A DNA stretch of 64,000 bases from Gaiellaceae bacterium (GCA_035651895.1 DASREW010000032.1:18584-82583); one strand, 5' to 3'. Shown: positions 11,360-20,711, counted from the first letter of the stretch. Numbers and translations: made by a program. The notes: generated from the sequence alone by a model not told the origin.

Positions 11360-12853
11360 CTAGTGCTTCGACGCGGGCGGCAGGATCGCCTGCATCAACT
11401 GCTTGGCGATCGGCGCCGAAACCGAGCCGCCGAAGCCGTTGTCCGAGTGCTCGACGACGACGGCGCCTGCGACGACGGGGTTGTCGGCCGGCGCGAAGAA
11501 GATGAACCAGGCGTCGTAGATGCGCCCGACTCCGGTCTCGGCCGTGCCGGTCTTGCCTGCCACCTTCACGCCCGGGATCTGCGCGGACGTCCCGGTGCCG
11601 CCGGTGACGACGGCCTGCATCATCGTGTTCAGGGCCGCGGCGGTGGACGGCTTCATCGCGTGCTTCCAGACCTTCGGCTTGATGTTCACGATCGTGCCGC
11701 CGCTCGGTGAGGTCACCTTCTTGATCAGGTGCGGCACCATGATCGTGCCCTTGTTCGCGACGGCGGCGGCGACGAGCGCCATCTGCAGCGGCGTCGTGAT
11801 CAGCTTGTCCTGGCCGAAGGCGAGGCGGCCCGGATCCATCAGGCCGGTGTTGTTCAGCAGCTTGTGGTTCAGGTACTCGCCGCTCGGTGCGATCGTGCTC
11901 GAGGGAAGCTCGATCGGCGGCTGCGAGTAGAAGCCGAAGTCCTTCGCCTTGTCGATCACCTTCTTCGCGCCGAGCTTCATGCCGATGTCACAGAACACGG
12001 CGTTGATCGAGTGCTCGTACGCCTGGATCATGTTCACCTCACCGTAGGCCTCGGCCGAGCCTTCCGGGTTGAGCGCGTTCGAGACCTCCTTGCCGTACTC
12101 GGTGCAGTAGCCCTTGTCGTCGAACATCGAGTTCGGCGTGTAGACGCCGTCGTCGAGCGCAGCCGCCGCGGTCACGGTCTTGAAGGTCGAGCCCGGCGGG
12201 TAGAGGCCCTGGATCGCGCGGTTGTAGAGCGCGGACGACGACCCGGGGCATGCGCTCGGCGACTTGAGGATCTGCGCGTAGCCCTTGTTCGACTCGATGT
12301 CGTTCGGGTTGTAGCCCGGCTCGGACGCCATCACGTAGACCTGGCCGGTCTTCGGGTTGAGGACGACCGCCGCGCCGCACTTCCCCTTGAGGTCGTTCTC
12401 GGCGATCTTCTGCGCGTTCACCTTGAGGTTGAGCACGAGGTTGTTGCCGGTGATCGTCGTGCCCTTCGCCGTGTCGAGCAGCTTGTTCCAGATCGTCCCG
12501 AGGTTGGCGTCGGTGGCGGTGAGGTAGCCGTTCTCCTCTTCCTCGATCCCGGCGCGCGAGCGGCCCTGCGTCGAGTAGCCGATCGTCTGGGACGCGAGGC
12601 CGTTCGACGGATAGCGGCGGAGGTACAGCGTCTGGCCGCCGGACTTCACCGCGCGGTTCGTCGCCAGCACCATGCCGTTCGACGCGAGGATCTTGCCGCG
12701 CTTGATCCGGAACTGCGCGACGCGCTGGATCGCGTTGTCCTGCTTCGCGGCGAGGCCCGGCGCCGCCCACGACTGCCAGTACGTCGTGGCGACGATCAGC
12801 GCAGCGAGCAGCAGCAGCGCGACGATCGCGAGGTGGGAGATCTGCCTATTCAC
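11360..12853 (-). CDS. pbpA: Penicillin-binding protein A (class B transpeptidase)
   Basis: 497 aa with STFK, SIN and KTGTAE motifs. It sits in the conserved position between rodA and pknB. Confidence 0.9.
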   Translation of the reverse strand: MNRQISHLAIVALLLLAALIVATTYWQSWAAPGLAAKQDNAIQRVAQFRIKRGKILASNGMVLATNRAVKSGGQTLYLRRYPSNGLASQTIGYSTQGRSRAGIEEEENGYLTATDANLGTIWNKLLDTAKGTTITGNNLVLNLKVNAQKIAENDLKGKCGAAVVLNPKTGQVYVMASEPGYNPNDIESNKGYAQILKSPSACPGSSSALYNRAIQGLYPPGSTFKTVTAAAALDDGVYTPNSMFDDKGYCTEYGKEVSNALNPEGSAEAYGEVNMIQAYEHSINAVFCDIGMKLGAKKVIDKAKDFGFYSQPPIELPSSTIAPSGEYLNHKLLNNTGLMDPGRLAFGQDKLITTPLQMALVAAAVANKGTIMVPHLIKKVTSPSGGTIVNIKPKVWKHAMKPSTAAALNTMMQAVVTGGTGTSAQIPGVKVAGKTGTAETGVGRIYDAWFIFFAPADNPVVAGAVVVEHSDNGFGGSVSAPIAKQLMQAILPPASKH

Positions 12854-14168
12854 GGACGTTCGCCCGGTTCGAGACGAGGAGCAGGCCCGCGAGCAGCAGG
12901 AAGTTCGCGACGACGGACGAGCCGCCGTACGCGACGAACGGGAACGTGATCCCCGTCAGCGGAATCAGCCGCAGGACGCCGCCGACGATGATGAACGTCT
13001 GCAGCGCGAAGCCGAACGTGAGCCCGGCGGCCAGCAGCTTCGAGAAGCCGTCGTCGGCCTGGAGCGCGATCTTCATCCCGCGCGCGACGAAGAGCATCAT
13101 GACGAGCAGGAGCGCCGCCGCCCCGATCAGCCCGAGCTCCTGCGCGAGCGCCGAATAGATGAAGTCGCTGTTGATCTCCGGTATGAGCTGATGGCCGCTC
13201 GTCGTCGTGAAGGTCCCTTTGCCGAGCCCCGCGCCGCCGAACCCGCCGTTCGCGATCGAGTAGAGCGACTTGACGAGCTGGTAGCTGTCGCAGTCCTGGC
13301 GCAGCGCCATCGTGCCCGTTTGCGCGCAGTAGACCTTCGTGGTCGTCCAAGGGTGCAGCCAGATCACCACACGCTCGCGGACGTGCGGGATCTTCTCGTA
13401 GGCGCCGGCGCCGCCGGCGATGAAGAGCGCGATGCCGACGACCACGAACGACAGGCGTGCGGTCGCGACGTAGAGCATCGACAGGAAGATCCCGTAGTAG
13501 AGGAGCGCCGAGCCGAGGTCGTTCGAAGAGACCAGCACGAGCATGCAGCCGCCCCAGATGACGAGCAGCGGCCCCATGTCCTTCAGCCGGCCTTGCGCGA
13601 GGACCTCGCGCTTCTCGCGCAGGTAGCCGGCCAGGAAGACGATCAGGAAGATCTTCGAGAACTCGCCCGGCTGCACCTGGAAGGCGCCGACGTGCACCCA
13701 GAGGCGTGCGCCGTTGACCGACTCGCCGAGCCCCGGCAGCTGCGGCAGGAAGAGCAGCGCGATCGCGCCGATGCCGAAGAGGTACTTGTAGTTCTCGAGC
13801 ACGCGGTAGTCACGCGCGAGGCCGAAGAGCGCAACCGCGAACAACGCGACGCCGATCACGATCCAGAGGCCCTGCTTGAACGCGTCGCTCGGCCCGAGCC
13901 GGTAGATCTCGGTGACACCTACCGCCGTCAGGAGCCCCGCCATCGGGAGCAGGTATGGGTCGCTCTCCGGGACGGTGAAGCGCGCGACGAGATGCGCGAC
14001 GAGGTAGAGCGCGAAGAAGAAGAGCGCGTAGCCGAGCGAGCCCCAGCTGACGAGCGACTGGCGCGCGATGTACACCGACGCGAAGCCGAGGCCGGTCAGG
14101 ACGCCGACGGCGGCGAGGTAGAAGAGCTCGCGGTTACGAGGGTTGATCGTCAGCGTGCGAGCCCCCAC
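12846..14168 (-). CDS. rodA: FtsW/RodA/SpoVE family peptidoglycan glycosyltransferase
   Basis: 440 aa polytopic SEDS-family protein. GTG start at 14168. Conserved synteny after pstP. Confidence 0.9.
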   Translation of the reverse strand: MGARTLTINPRNRELFYLAAVGVLTGLGFASVYIARQSLVSWGSLGYALFFFALYLVAHLVARFTVPESDPYLLPMAGLLTAVGVTEIYRLGPSDAFKQGLWIVIGVALFAVALFGLARDYRVLENYKYLFGIGAIALLFLPQLPGLGESVNGARLWVHVGAFQVQPGEFSKIFLIVFLAGYLREKREVLAQGRLKDMGPLLVIWGGCMLVLVSSNDLGSALLYYGIFLSMLYVATARLSFVVVGIALFIAGGAGAYEKIPHVRERVVIWLHPWTTTKVYCAQTGTMALRQDCDSYQLVKSLYSIANGGFGGAGLGKGTFTTTSGHQLIPEINSDFIYSALAQELGLIGAAALLLVMMLFVARGMKIALQADDGFSKLLAAGLTFGFALQTFIIVGGVLRLIPLTGITFPFVAYGGSSVVANFLLLAGLLLVSNRANVRE

Positions 14169-15151
14169 CAGACGAGCGCGACGATGACGACGATCAGCGC
14201 GATGATCACGAGCAGCGCGAGCAGCCGCCTACCGATGCCTGCCTGGGGGGGTGCCGGGCCGGGCTCCGCCGCGAGCGCCGCGTCGATCTCGGCGGCCGGG
14301 ACGACCATCGTGTCCGACGGGGCCGGCGGCGGCGCGATGCCCTGCTCGGGATGCAGCGTGTCCTCTTCGTCGAAGCTCGGCGCGGCGTGCTCGCGCGTGG
14401 GCTGGTCGGGATCGGCCGTCTGCGCCGGCGCGTCGTCGCCGACGATCTCGAACAGCACAGCGGTGATGTTGTCGTCGCCGCCGCTCCGGTTCGCGGCCTT
14501 CACGAGGGCTTTCGTCGCTGCGTTCAGGTCGTCGCGATGCTTGCGCAGGATCTCTTCGATCGACGAGTTGGGGATCATGTCGGAGAGCCCGTCCGAGCAG
14601 ATGAGGTAGAGGTCGCCCGCCTGCGGGCGCACGGTGAACGCGTCGACGTCGACGTCGGGATCGGTTCCGATCGCGCGTGTGATCACCGACCGCTGCGGAT
14701 GCATCTCGGCGTCGCGCGCAGAGAGCTCGCCGCGGCGGACGAGCTCCGCGACAAGAGAGTGGTCGTCGGTCAGCTGCTCGAGCTGGCCGTCGCGGAGCAC
14801 GTAGGCGCGCGAGTCTCCGACGTGGCCGAAGGTCACGTCGCCGTTCGGCTCGACGAGCGCCACGGTCATCGTCGTTCCCATGCCGCTCGTCGACGGGTCG
14901 CTCGACGCGCGCTCGTGCACGCGCCGGTTTCCCTCCTGCACGAGCTGCTTGACCAGCTCCTCGCCGCCGCCGTTCTCGGCAGGCGCCTCGTTGAGCGCGC
15001 TCGCCGCGAGCGCGGAGGCGATCTCGCCGGCGCGCGCGCCGCCCATGCCGTCGGCGATCGCGAAGAGCGGCGGCCGCACGACGAATGCGTCCTCGTTCAG
15101 CCGCCGCTTGCGCCCGGGATCGGTCGCCGATGCAAAACGTCCTACTTTCAC
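14150..15151 (-). CDS. pstP: PP2C-family Ser/Thr phosphatase with a C-terminal TM anchor (PstP)
   Basis: Only the last 333 codons of the 1273-aa track ORF look like protein: VKVGRFASATDPGRKRRLNEDAF...AIADGMGGARAGEIAS...ICSDGLSDM. GTG 15151 overlaps the fhaB stop (GTGA). Confidence 0.9.
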   Translation of the reverse strand: MKVGRFASATDPGRKRRLNEDAFVVRPPLFAIADGMGGARAGEIASALAASALNEAPAENGGGEELVKQLVQEGNRRVHERASSDPSTSGMGTTMTVALVEPNGDVTFGHVGDSRAYVLRDGQLEQLTDDHSLVAELVRRGELSARDAEMHPQRSVITRAIGTDPDVDVDAFTVRPQAGDLYLICSDGLSDMIPNSSIEEILRKHRDDLNAATKALVKAANRSGGDDNITAVLFEIVGDDAPAQTADPDQPTREHAAPSFDEEDTLHPEQGIAPPPAPSDTMVVPAAEIDAALAAEPGPAPPQAGIGRRLLALLVIIALIVVIVALVWWGLAR

Positions 15152-15645
15152 GGCTCGTACCTCAGGTCGGTCTCGCCGACGCGGACGACGTCGCCGGCGG
15201 CGAGCTTCCGCTCGCGCGTCAGCCGGATGCCGTTGACGAACGTGCCGTTCGTCGAGCCGATGTCCTCGACCCAGATGCCGTCCCGCCGCGGCTCGATGCG
15301 GGCGTGCCGCGTCGAGGCGTACTCGTCGCGCTCGAGCGGGACGTCGTTCGTCGGGCCTCGTCCGATCGTGACTGCGCGCGAGTCGAGCGTGATCACGTCG
15401 CCCTGCTCGAGCGCCGGGCTCGTCAGCACGACTAGCTGGCCGAAGTCGCGTCCCGCCGGCTGCGCGACGAGGCCGGCCGCGGCCGCCTGCTGCGGCGCGA
15501 GGATCATCGACTCCTGCGGCAGGCGCAGGTCGCGGCTCGCCGAACGGACGATGCGCCAGATGAAGATGTAGAGAAGGACGAGGAACGCGAGCTTCAGAAC
15601 GAGGAGCGTCGTCTCGACCGGGGCCGAGGCAAGGAGGTTCGCCAC
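15148..15645 (-). CDS. fhaB: FHA domain protein with an N-terminal TM helix (FhaB/FipA-like)
   Basis: 165 aa with a TM helix LLVLKLAFLVLLYIFIW and a C-terminal FHA domain (GRGPTNDV...STRHARI...GSTNGTFVNG). Confidence 0.9.
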   Translation of the reverse strand: MANLLASAPVETTLLVLKLAFLVLLYIFIWRIVRSASRDLRLPQESMILAPQQAAAAGLVAQPAGRDFGQLVVLTSPALEQGDVITLDSRAVTIGRGPTNDVPLERDEYASTRHARIEPRRDGIWVEDIGSTNGTFVNGIRLTRERKLAAGDVVRVGETDLRYEP

Positions 15646-16419
15646 CTACTGCAGCTCCCGGTTGAACGAGATCTCCGTCGAGCCGATCGTGAAGCGCGAG
15701 CCGTCCTCGAGCTTGAGCCGCTTCACGCGCTTGCCGTTCACCTCGACGCCGTTCGTCGAATCGAGGTCGACGAGCCAGTACGTCGCGCCCTCCTGCCGCA
15801 CCTCCGCGTGGCGGCGCGAGATGTTCGGGTCGGCGATCTGGATGTCGGCGTCCTTCGAGCGCCCGATCACGACACGGCGCTTGGAGATCTGGTGCCGTTT
15901 CCCGTCCCACTGGAGCGCCGCGACCTCGCGCTGGATTCCGAGCTCGACCGGTGAGGCCGCCTCGGTCGCTCCCGGCGGTGCGGCTACCGGCTTGTAGACC
16001 ATCGTCGCGTTCGGCTCCGCGTCGGTCTCCGGCCCGGGCGCACCGCCGTGCGGCTGCACCATCCGCGTCGCGATCCCGAACACGCCCACGTCGAGGTCGT
16101 CGTCGGTCTCGAGCTCCACCTTCGGCGGCGAGAGCAGGACGTAGTTCTCGCGCCGGCCGTGCTCGGCGAGGTACTCGCCGAGCTCGTCGCACAGCTGCTG
16201 CTCGTAGGACGAGAACTGCTCGCGGTCGGCCGGCGAGAGGTAGATCGTGTACTCGTTCGGGACGTAGACGCGCGACACCGACACGTTCCGGTGGTCGTCC
16301 ATCTCCTTGACGAGCTTGCGGGCGAGCTCGACCGGCTGCACGTTCGTGCGGAACGCGCGTCCGAACACGCCCTCGAAGAGCGATTCGAGCTTGGATTCGA
16401 TGCTGCGGAGGACAGGCAT
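15646..16419 (-). CDS. fhaA: FhaA: DUF3662 N-terminal domain plus C-terminal FHA domain
   Basis: 257 aa. The N-terminus MPVLRSIESKLESLFEGVFGRAF is typical of FhaA, and the C-terminal FHA reads GRSKDADIQI...SRRHAEV...STNGVEVNG. Confidence 0.9.
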   Translation of the reverse strand: MPVLRSIESKLESLFEGVFGRAFRTNVQPVELARKLVKEMDDHRNVSVSRVYVPNEYTIYLSPADREQFSSYEQQLCDELGEYLAEHGRRENYVLLSPPKVELETDDDLDVGVFGIATRMVQPHGGAPGPETDAEPNATMVYKPVAAPPGATEAASPVELGIQREVAALQWDGKRHQISKRRVVIGRSKDADIQIADPNISRRHAEVRQEGATYWLVDLDSTNGVEVNGKRVKRLKLEDGSRFTIGSTEISFNRELQ

Positions 16420-16455
16420 GGCTGCGGGCGGGGTGTTTCCCCGCGAGCGAAGAGT

Positions 16456-18057
16456 TTATGTCCGGCGGGGGACCGCGAGCGCGCACGCGGTCAGCCACGA
16501 GGCGGCGACGAGCGGCAGCACGGCCGCCGCGGGCGCGACGAGCGCCGTGGCGGCGAGGAGCGCGCCGCCGAAGAACGCGGCCGCCCACGGCCCTCGGCCG
16601 CGGGCGTACGGCAGCGCCACGGCGGCGGCGGCGAGCACGAGCGCCTCGATCGCGAGGGTCGGGTGGTCGCCGAGCTGGCGCCAGAGCGCGACGGCGACCG
16701 CCGCCGGCCGGGTCGAGCCGGTGATCCCGAGCCCGAGGGGCGGCGCCGAGCCGTCGAACGGAAGCGGCACGCGCCGCAGCCCGGCGACGAGCGCCGCGAG
16801 CAGGACGGCGGCCGCGGTCTGCACGCCGCGGCGGAGGTTCCCGCGGGCGGCCTGCGCGGCCAGGGGCACGAGCGCGAGCCCCGCGACCGGCGCGAGCAGC
16901 GGGCCGGCGGCGAGGAGCAGCCCGGCGCGCGCGTCGCGCCACGTGAGCGCAGCCCAGGCCGCGGCGAGGATCGCGTAGACGATCGCCAGGCCGAGCGAGA
17001 TGTTCGCGAGCGGGAAGAACGCGACCGCCAGCGCGAAGACGAGGCCGGCGCGCGGGGCGGCGAAGCCCGCGGCGGCGCCGGCGGCGGCGAGCCCGAGCGG
17101 CCAGCCCGCCGGATAGAACGGCAGCTCCGCCGCCACCCAGCCCGCTGCGAGCCCGGTCAGCGCGCCCGGCAGGAGCCGGTCGACGGCGACGGCCGCGTTC
17201 ACGCGCGTCGGGGCGGTGGGCTTCGAGCCCTTCTGCTTGCGCCGCCGGGGGAGCGACCTGAGCTCTTGCGCGAGCTTCTCGGCGGTCGGACGGCGCTGCG
17301 GATTGACGAGCAACGCGCTGGCGACGGTGTCGATGACGTGGCGCGGCAGGTCCGGGCGAAGCTCCTCGAGCGGCCGGGCGCCGCGCTGAATGCTGCGTGA
17401 CGTCTCGCTCAGGTCGCCGCCCCAGAACGGATGCTCGCCGGCGAGCGCCTCCCAGAGCACGACGCCGACCGCCCACACGTCCGCCGCCTGGGTCGCGGGC
17501 AGCCCTTGCAGGCGTTCCGGCGAGATGTACGCGAGCGTCCCCGGGACGTCGCCGAGCGCCGTCAGCGTGTCGAACTCCGCCATCTGCGCGAGCCCGAAAT
17601 CGAGCAACCGCACGTCGATCTCGCCGGATTCGGCCAGAAGGACGTTCGACGGCTTCACGTCGCGGTGGACGATCCCGCGCGCGTGCGCATGGGCGAGCGC
17701 CTCGGAGATCTGCGCGGCGACCTCGAGCGCGGCCCGATCGTCGAGCGCGCCGGCGCGCATCGTCTCGCGCAGCGTGCGGCCCGGCACGTACTCGTAGGAG
17801 ATGTAGACGTGCGACGGATCGTGCGCCAGCGACAGGATCCGCTGGCAGCGCGGGTGCCGCAGCGACGCCGCGGCGCGGGCCTCCCGCTCGGCGCGGTGGC
17901 CGCTCTTTCCCTCGCGGGAGATGATCTTCAGGGCGACGTCGAGGCCGCTGCGCTCGTCGCGCGCGAGCCACACATGACCCATTCCGCCGGAGCCCAGCGG
18001 GCGCACCGGCCGGTACCGGCCCAGGAAGAGATCGTGCGCGAGCGCCGGAGAGGACAC
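16456..18057 (-). CDS. Ser/Thr protein kinase fused to a C-terminal polytopic (about 8-10 TM) membrane domain
   Basis: 533 aa. The catalytic motifs are intact (GSGGMGHV, VALK, HRDVKPSN, DFG, SPE). From about residue 290 onward there are repeated Ala/Leu/Gly-rich hydrophobic segments. Confidence 0.85.
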   Translation of the reverse strand: MSSPALAHDLFLGRYRPVRPLGSGGMGHVWLARDERSGLDVALKIISREGKSGHRAEREARAAASLRHPRCQRILSLAHDPSHVYISYEYVPGRTLRETMRAGALDDRAALEVAAQISEALAHAHARGIVHRDVKPSNVLLAESGEIDVRLLDFGLAQMAEFDTLTALGDVPGTLAYISPERLQGLPATQAADVWAVGVVLWEALAGEHPFWGGDLSETSRSIQRGARPLEELRPDLPRHVIDTVASALLVNPQRRPTAEKLAQELRSLPRRRKQKGSKPTAPTRVNAAVAVDRLLPGALTGLAAGWVAAELPFYPAGWPLGLAAAGAAAGFAAPRAGLVFALAVAFFPLANISLGLAIVYAILAAAWAALTWRDARAGLLLAAGPLLAPVAGLALVPLAAQAARGNLRRGVQTAAAVLLAALVAGLRRVPLPFDGSAPPLGLGITGSTRPAAVAVALWRQLGDHPTLAIEALVLAAAAVALPYARGRGPWAAAFFGGALLAATALVAPAAAVLPLVAASWLTACALAVPRRT

Positions 18058-18139
18058 GCTGCGCTTCTACGGCCTAGCCAGGACATTTCCTCTCTGGGCC
18101 GAAGGAACGCGGTAGATTCGTCCAGGATTTCGCCTGCAA

Positions 18140-19288
18140 ATGGACACGCCCGACGACGACATCGAGTTCGACTTCTTCGAGGACGAGCCCGCCACCAGGG
18201 AGGCTCAGACTCCGGCGCAGCGCGTGCGCCTGCCTCGGCGTGGCGGAGGCGGCCCGGCGCGCCGGCGTCCCGCAGGCCCGCCGCGCGGACTGACGCCGTT
18301 CGTCCGGCTGCTCGCTGCGGTCGTGATTCTCGTCGCGGTGTTCGTCTTCTTCGGGCTTGCGATCCAGTCGTGCGCGTCGACCTCGAAGCACGACTCGTAC
18401 GCGAACTACATGGCCGCGGTCGGCAAGATCGCGAAGGCCTCGAGCGCCGACGGCACCGTGTTCGCGAACGCGCTGACGACTCCCGGGTCGAAGCCGGCCG
18501 CGCTCGTGCAGACGCTCGAGGGCGTCGTCACGACCGAGCGCCAGAACCTCGCGCAGGCCCAGAAGCTCAACCCGCCCGGCAAGCTCCGCCCCGAGAACCA
18601 GCAGGCGATCGAGGCGCTGCAGCTCCGCATCTCGGGCGTCCAGGGAATCGCGAAGACCCTCCAGACCGCCGCGAGCGCATCCTCGACGACCGGCGACGCG
18701 GCGACGCTCGCCGAGCAGGCGGCACGGCTCTCGGCCAGCGACATCGTCTGGTCGGACCTCTTCGTCGCGCCCGCGTTCCAGCAGGAGCAGGCCGACGGGG
18801 TCAAGGGCGTGCCGGTACCGAGCTCGCAGTTCGTCGTCAACTCGACGCTCGTCACCGAGCACTCGATGAGCGGCGTGCTGCAGCGGCTCAAGGGCGCCGC
18901 CACGGGCGGCACGCCGTCGGGCCTGCACGGCACGAACCTCGTCAGCGTCGTCGCGAACCCGGGCAACAACACGCTCTCGGAGACGCAGACGAACACGGTC
19001 ACGGCCACGACCGATCTCTCGTTCGCCGTCACGGTCGAGGACTCCGGTCACTTCCAAGAGGTCGGGATCAAGGTCGACCTGACGATCGAGCAGTCCCCGG
19101 TGATCAAGAAGGAGCAGACAATCCGCGTGATCAACCCGGGCCAGCAGAAGACGCTCACGTTCACCGACCTCGGGGACGTGAAGTTCGCGCGCGCGGAGCA
19201 GATGAGCGTGACGGTCGCGGCGGTCCCCGGCGAGGTGCGCCTCGACAACAACAAGGGCACCTTCCCGATCATCTTCTCGCTCGGCTAG
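18140..19288 (+). CDS. Single-pass membrane protein of unknown function (acidic N-terminus, extracytoplasmic helical region plus Ig/CARDB-like C-terminal domain)
   Basis: 382 aa: MDTPDDDIEFDFFEDEP, an Arg/Pro-rich linker, a TM helix LLAAVVILVAVFVFFGLAI, then a C-terminal beta-rich segment FAVTVEDSGHFQEVGIKVDLTI...RVINPGQQKTLTF. Codon usage is coding-like. Confidence 0.7.
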   Translation: MDTPDDDIEFDFFEDEPATREAQTPAQRVRLPRRGGGGPARRRPAGPPRGLTPFVRLLAAVVILVAVFVFFGLAIQSCASTSKHDSYANYMAAVGKIAKASSADGTVFANALTTPGSKPAALVQTLEGVVTTERQNLAQAQKLNPPGKLRPENQQAIEALQLRISGVQGIAKTLQTAASASSTTGDAATLAEQAARLSASDIVWSDLFVAPAFQQEQADGVKGVPVPSSQFVVNSTLVTEHSMSGVLQRLKGAATGGTPSGLHGTNLVSVVANPGNNTLSETQTNTVTATTDLSFAVTVEDSGHFQEVGIKVDLTIEQSPVIKKEQTIRVINPGQQKTLTFTDLGDVKFARAEQMSVTVAAVPGEVRLDNNKGTFPIIFSLG

Positions 19289-19521
19289 TTAGCCTGAGGT
19301 TGGATGGTCGATGCCACGATTGCGTGTGCGCGGCTGCGCGGCCTGGCCGCGTTCGACCGCGTGCGGTTCAGCCGCACCGGCGAAGCCGGCACGTCCGAGC
19401 CGCGCGCTTCGGCACGTCGCACCGGCTCCGATAGCGCTGCTATCGCAGCCGGCACGCCGCACCGCCCGAACACGCCCAGTCCGCCCCCCGCGACAGACGC
19501 CCTCGTGGCATCGCCCATCTG

Positions 19522-20004
19522 ATGCACGTGACGGCGACAACCGCGCTGATCGTCGCGATCGCCGGCATCGCGGTCGGCGCAATCGGGCTCGGCGTCGCAT
19601 GGTGGGCGACCGTGCGGGTGAAGCGCGTCCGCGACGCGCAGCGCTCGCTCCTCGGTGGCGGCCGGCGCGACCTGGTGGATTTCGCAGTGGGCCTGCAGGG
19701 ACGCGTGGACGACCTGCACCGCGCCGTCGACGAGGTCGCCGCGAGCCTTGCGCGGGTCGACCGCCGCGTCGATGGGACGGTGACGAACACCGCGATCGTG
19801 CGGTATGACGCATACGAGGACACGGGCGGCCACCAGTCGGCGTCGCTCGCGCTCCTCGACGCGGCCCGCACGGGGCTCGTCCTCACTGCGATCCAGGGCC
19901 GCGACTACGCGCGGATCTACATGAAGGAGCTCGACCGGGGCCGCGCCTCAGTCGCCCTGTCGCCGGAAGAGCAGGAGGCCGTCGAGCGCGCCATGGGACG
20001 GTAA
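19522..20004 (+). CDS. DUF4446 family protein
   Basis: 160 aa with an N-terminal TM helix, then VRYDAYEDTGGHQSASLALLD...GLVLTAIQGRD, which matches my recollection of DUF4446. Confidence 0.75.
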   Translation: MHVTATTALIVAIAGIAVGAIGLGVAWWATVRVKRVRDAQRSLLGGGRRDLVDFAVGLQGRVDDLHRAVDEVAASLARVDRRVDGTVTNTAIVRYDAYEDTGGHQSASLALLDAARTGLVLTAIQGRDYARIYMKELDRGRASVALSPEEQEAVERAMGR

Positions 20005-20009
20005 AGCGC

Positions 20010-20038
20010 GCGGGGGAGCACCTTCGGTTCTCCCCCGC
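20010..20038 (+). terminator. Strong hairpin 6 nt after the DUF4446 stop (GCGGGGGAG / CTCCCCCGC, 9 bp) with no clear U-tract
   Basis: Perfect 9-bp GC stem read directly. A second interrupted hairpin follows at 20073-20101 (GGCGAG-CA-CGGGC AAA GCCCG-CA-CTCGCC). Confidence 0.5.
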
Positions 20039-20186
20039 GAGCCCCCTCTCCGACCCGTTGCAGCTCGGAGTGGGCGAGCACGGGCAAAGCCCGCACTCGC
20101 CGAAACTCGCGGTGCATTAGCAACCCGTGCAAACCCGACTTCCGAGTCGTCCGGAGATCCGCTTCCTCGGGTACATTCCAGCCAAG

Positions 20187-20711
20187 GTGCAGCAAGTACT
20201 CGTCCTGAATGCGAGTTACGAGCCGCTCAACGTGTGCTCACTGCGCCGCGCCCACGTGCTCGTCTTCAAGGGCAAGGCCGAGGTGATCGAAGAGCTCGAT
20301 CGACCACTTCGCTCGGCCACCGACACGTTCAGGTGGCCACACGTGATCCGGCTCGTCCACTACGTCCGTGTGCCGCGGATGGTCCAGCGCAAGATCTCGC
20401 GCCGCGCGCTCTTCGCCCGTGACGGCTGGCGCTGCGTCTACTGCGGCACGTCGAACGGGCGGCTGACGCTCGACCACGTCATCCCGCGCTCGAAGGGCGG
20501 CGATTCGAGCTGGGAGAACGTCGTCACCTCCTGCGCGCCCTGCAATCTGCGTAAAGGGAACCGGCTGCCGCACGAGGTGCACATGGTGCTGCCGGCCAGG
20601 CCGCGTCCACCCGCGCCCGTGCTGTTCATCCGGCTCGCAACGCCGAAGATCCCGCAGCGCTGGGAGCGGTACCTCGCGCCCTACTCGACGTCGACTCCGG
20701 TCGCCGCCTAG
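20187..20711 (+). CDS. HNH endonuclease (McrA-like small HNH protein)
   Basis: Motif CVYCG...LTLDHVIPRSKGGDSSWENVVTSCAPCNLRKGN. I prefer GTG 20187 (MQQVLVLNASYEPLNV, the typical N-terminus of this family) over the track start 20127. Confidence 0.8.
   Translation: MQQVLVLNASYEPLNVCSLRRAHVLVFKGKAEVIEELDRPLRSATDTFRWPHVIRLVHYVRVPRMVQRKISRRALFARDGWRCVYCGTSNGRLTLDHVIPRSKGGDSSWENVVTSCAPCNLRKGNRLPHEVHMVLPARPRPPAPVLFIRLATPKIPQRWERYLAPYSTSTPVAA

Noticed and set aside
15152-17971. The upstream 940 codons of the 1273-aa ORF 14150-17971(-). Similar N-terminal extensions occur in ORFs 22724-25198, 23924-25309, 28997-30400, 39653-42487, 41889-44726, 45954-47636, 55205-56851, 55996-58746 and 60062-63904.
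   Set aside because: Only the C-terminal segments look like protein. The upstream parts are Arg/Pro-rich and overlap fhaB, fhaA, the kinase and other genes in a different frame, so I trimmed the starts to the first sensible start codon.
19361-19377. GTGCGG-TTCAG-CCGCAC hairpin reminiscent of a tRNA T-arm.
   Set aside because: The stem is 6 bp and the loop 5 nt, against the expected 5 bp and 7 nt. No acceptor, D or anticodon arms can be built around it. I found no tRNA gene anywhere in the window.
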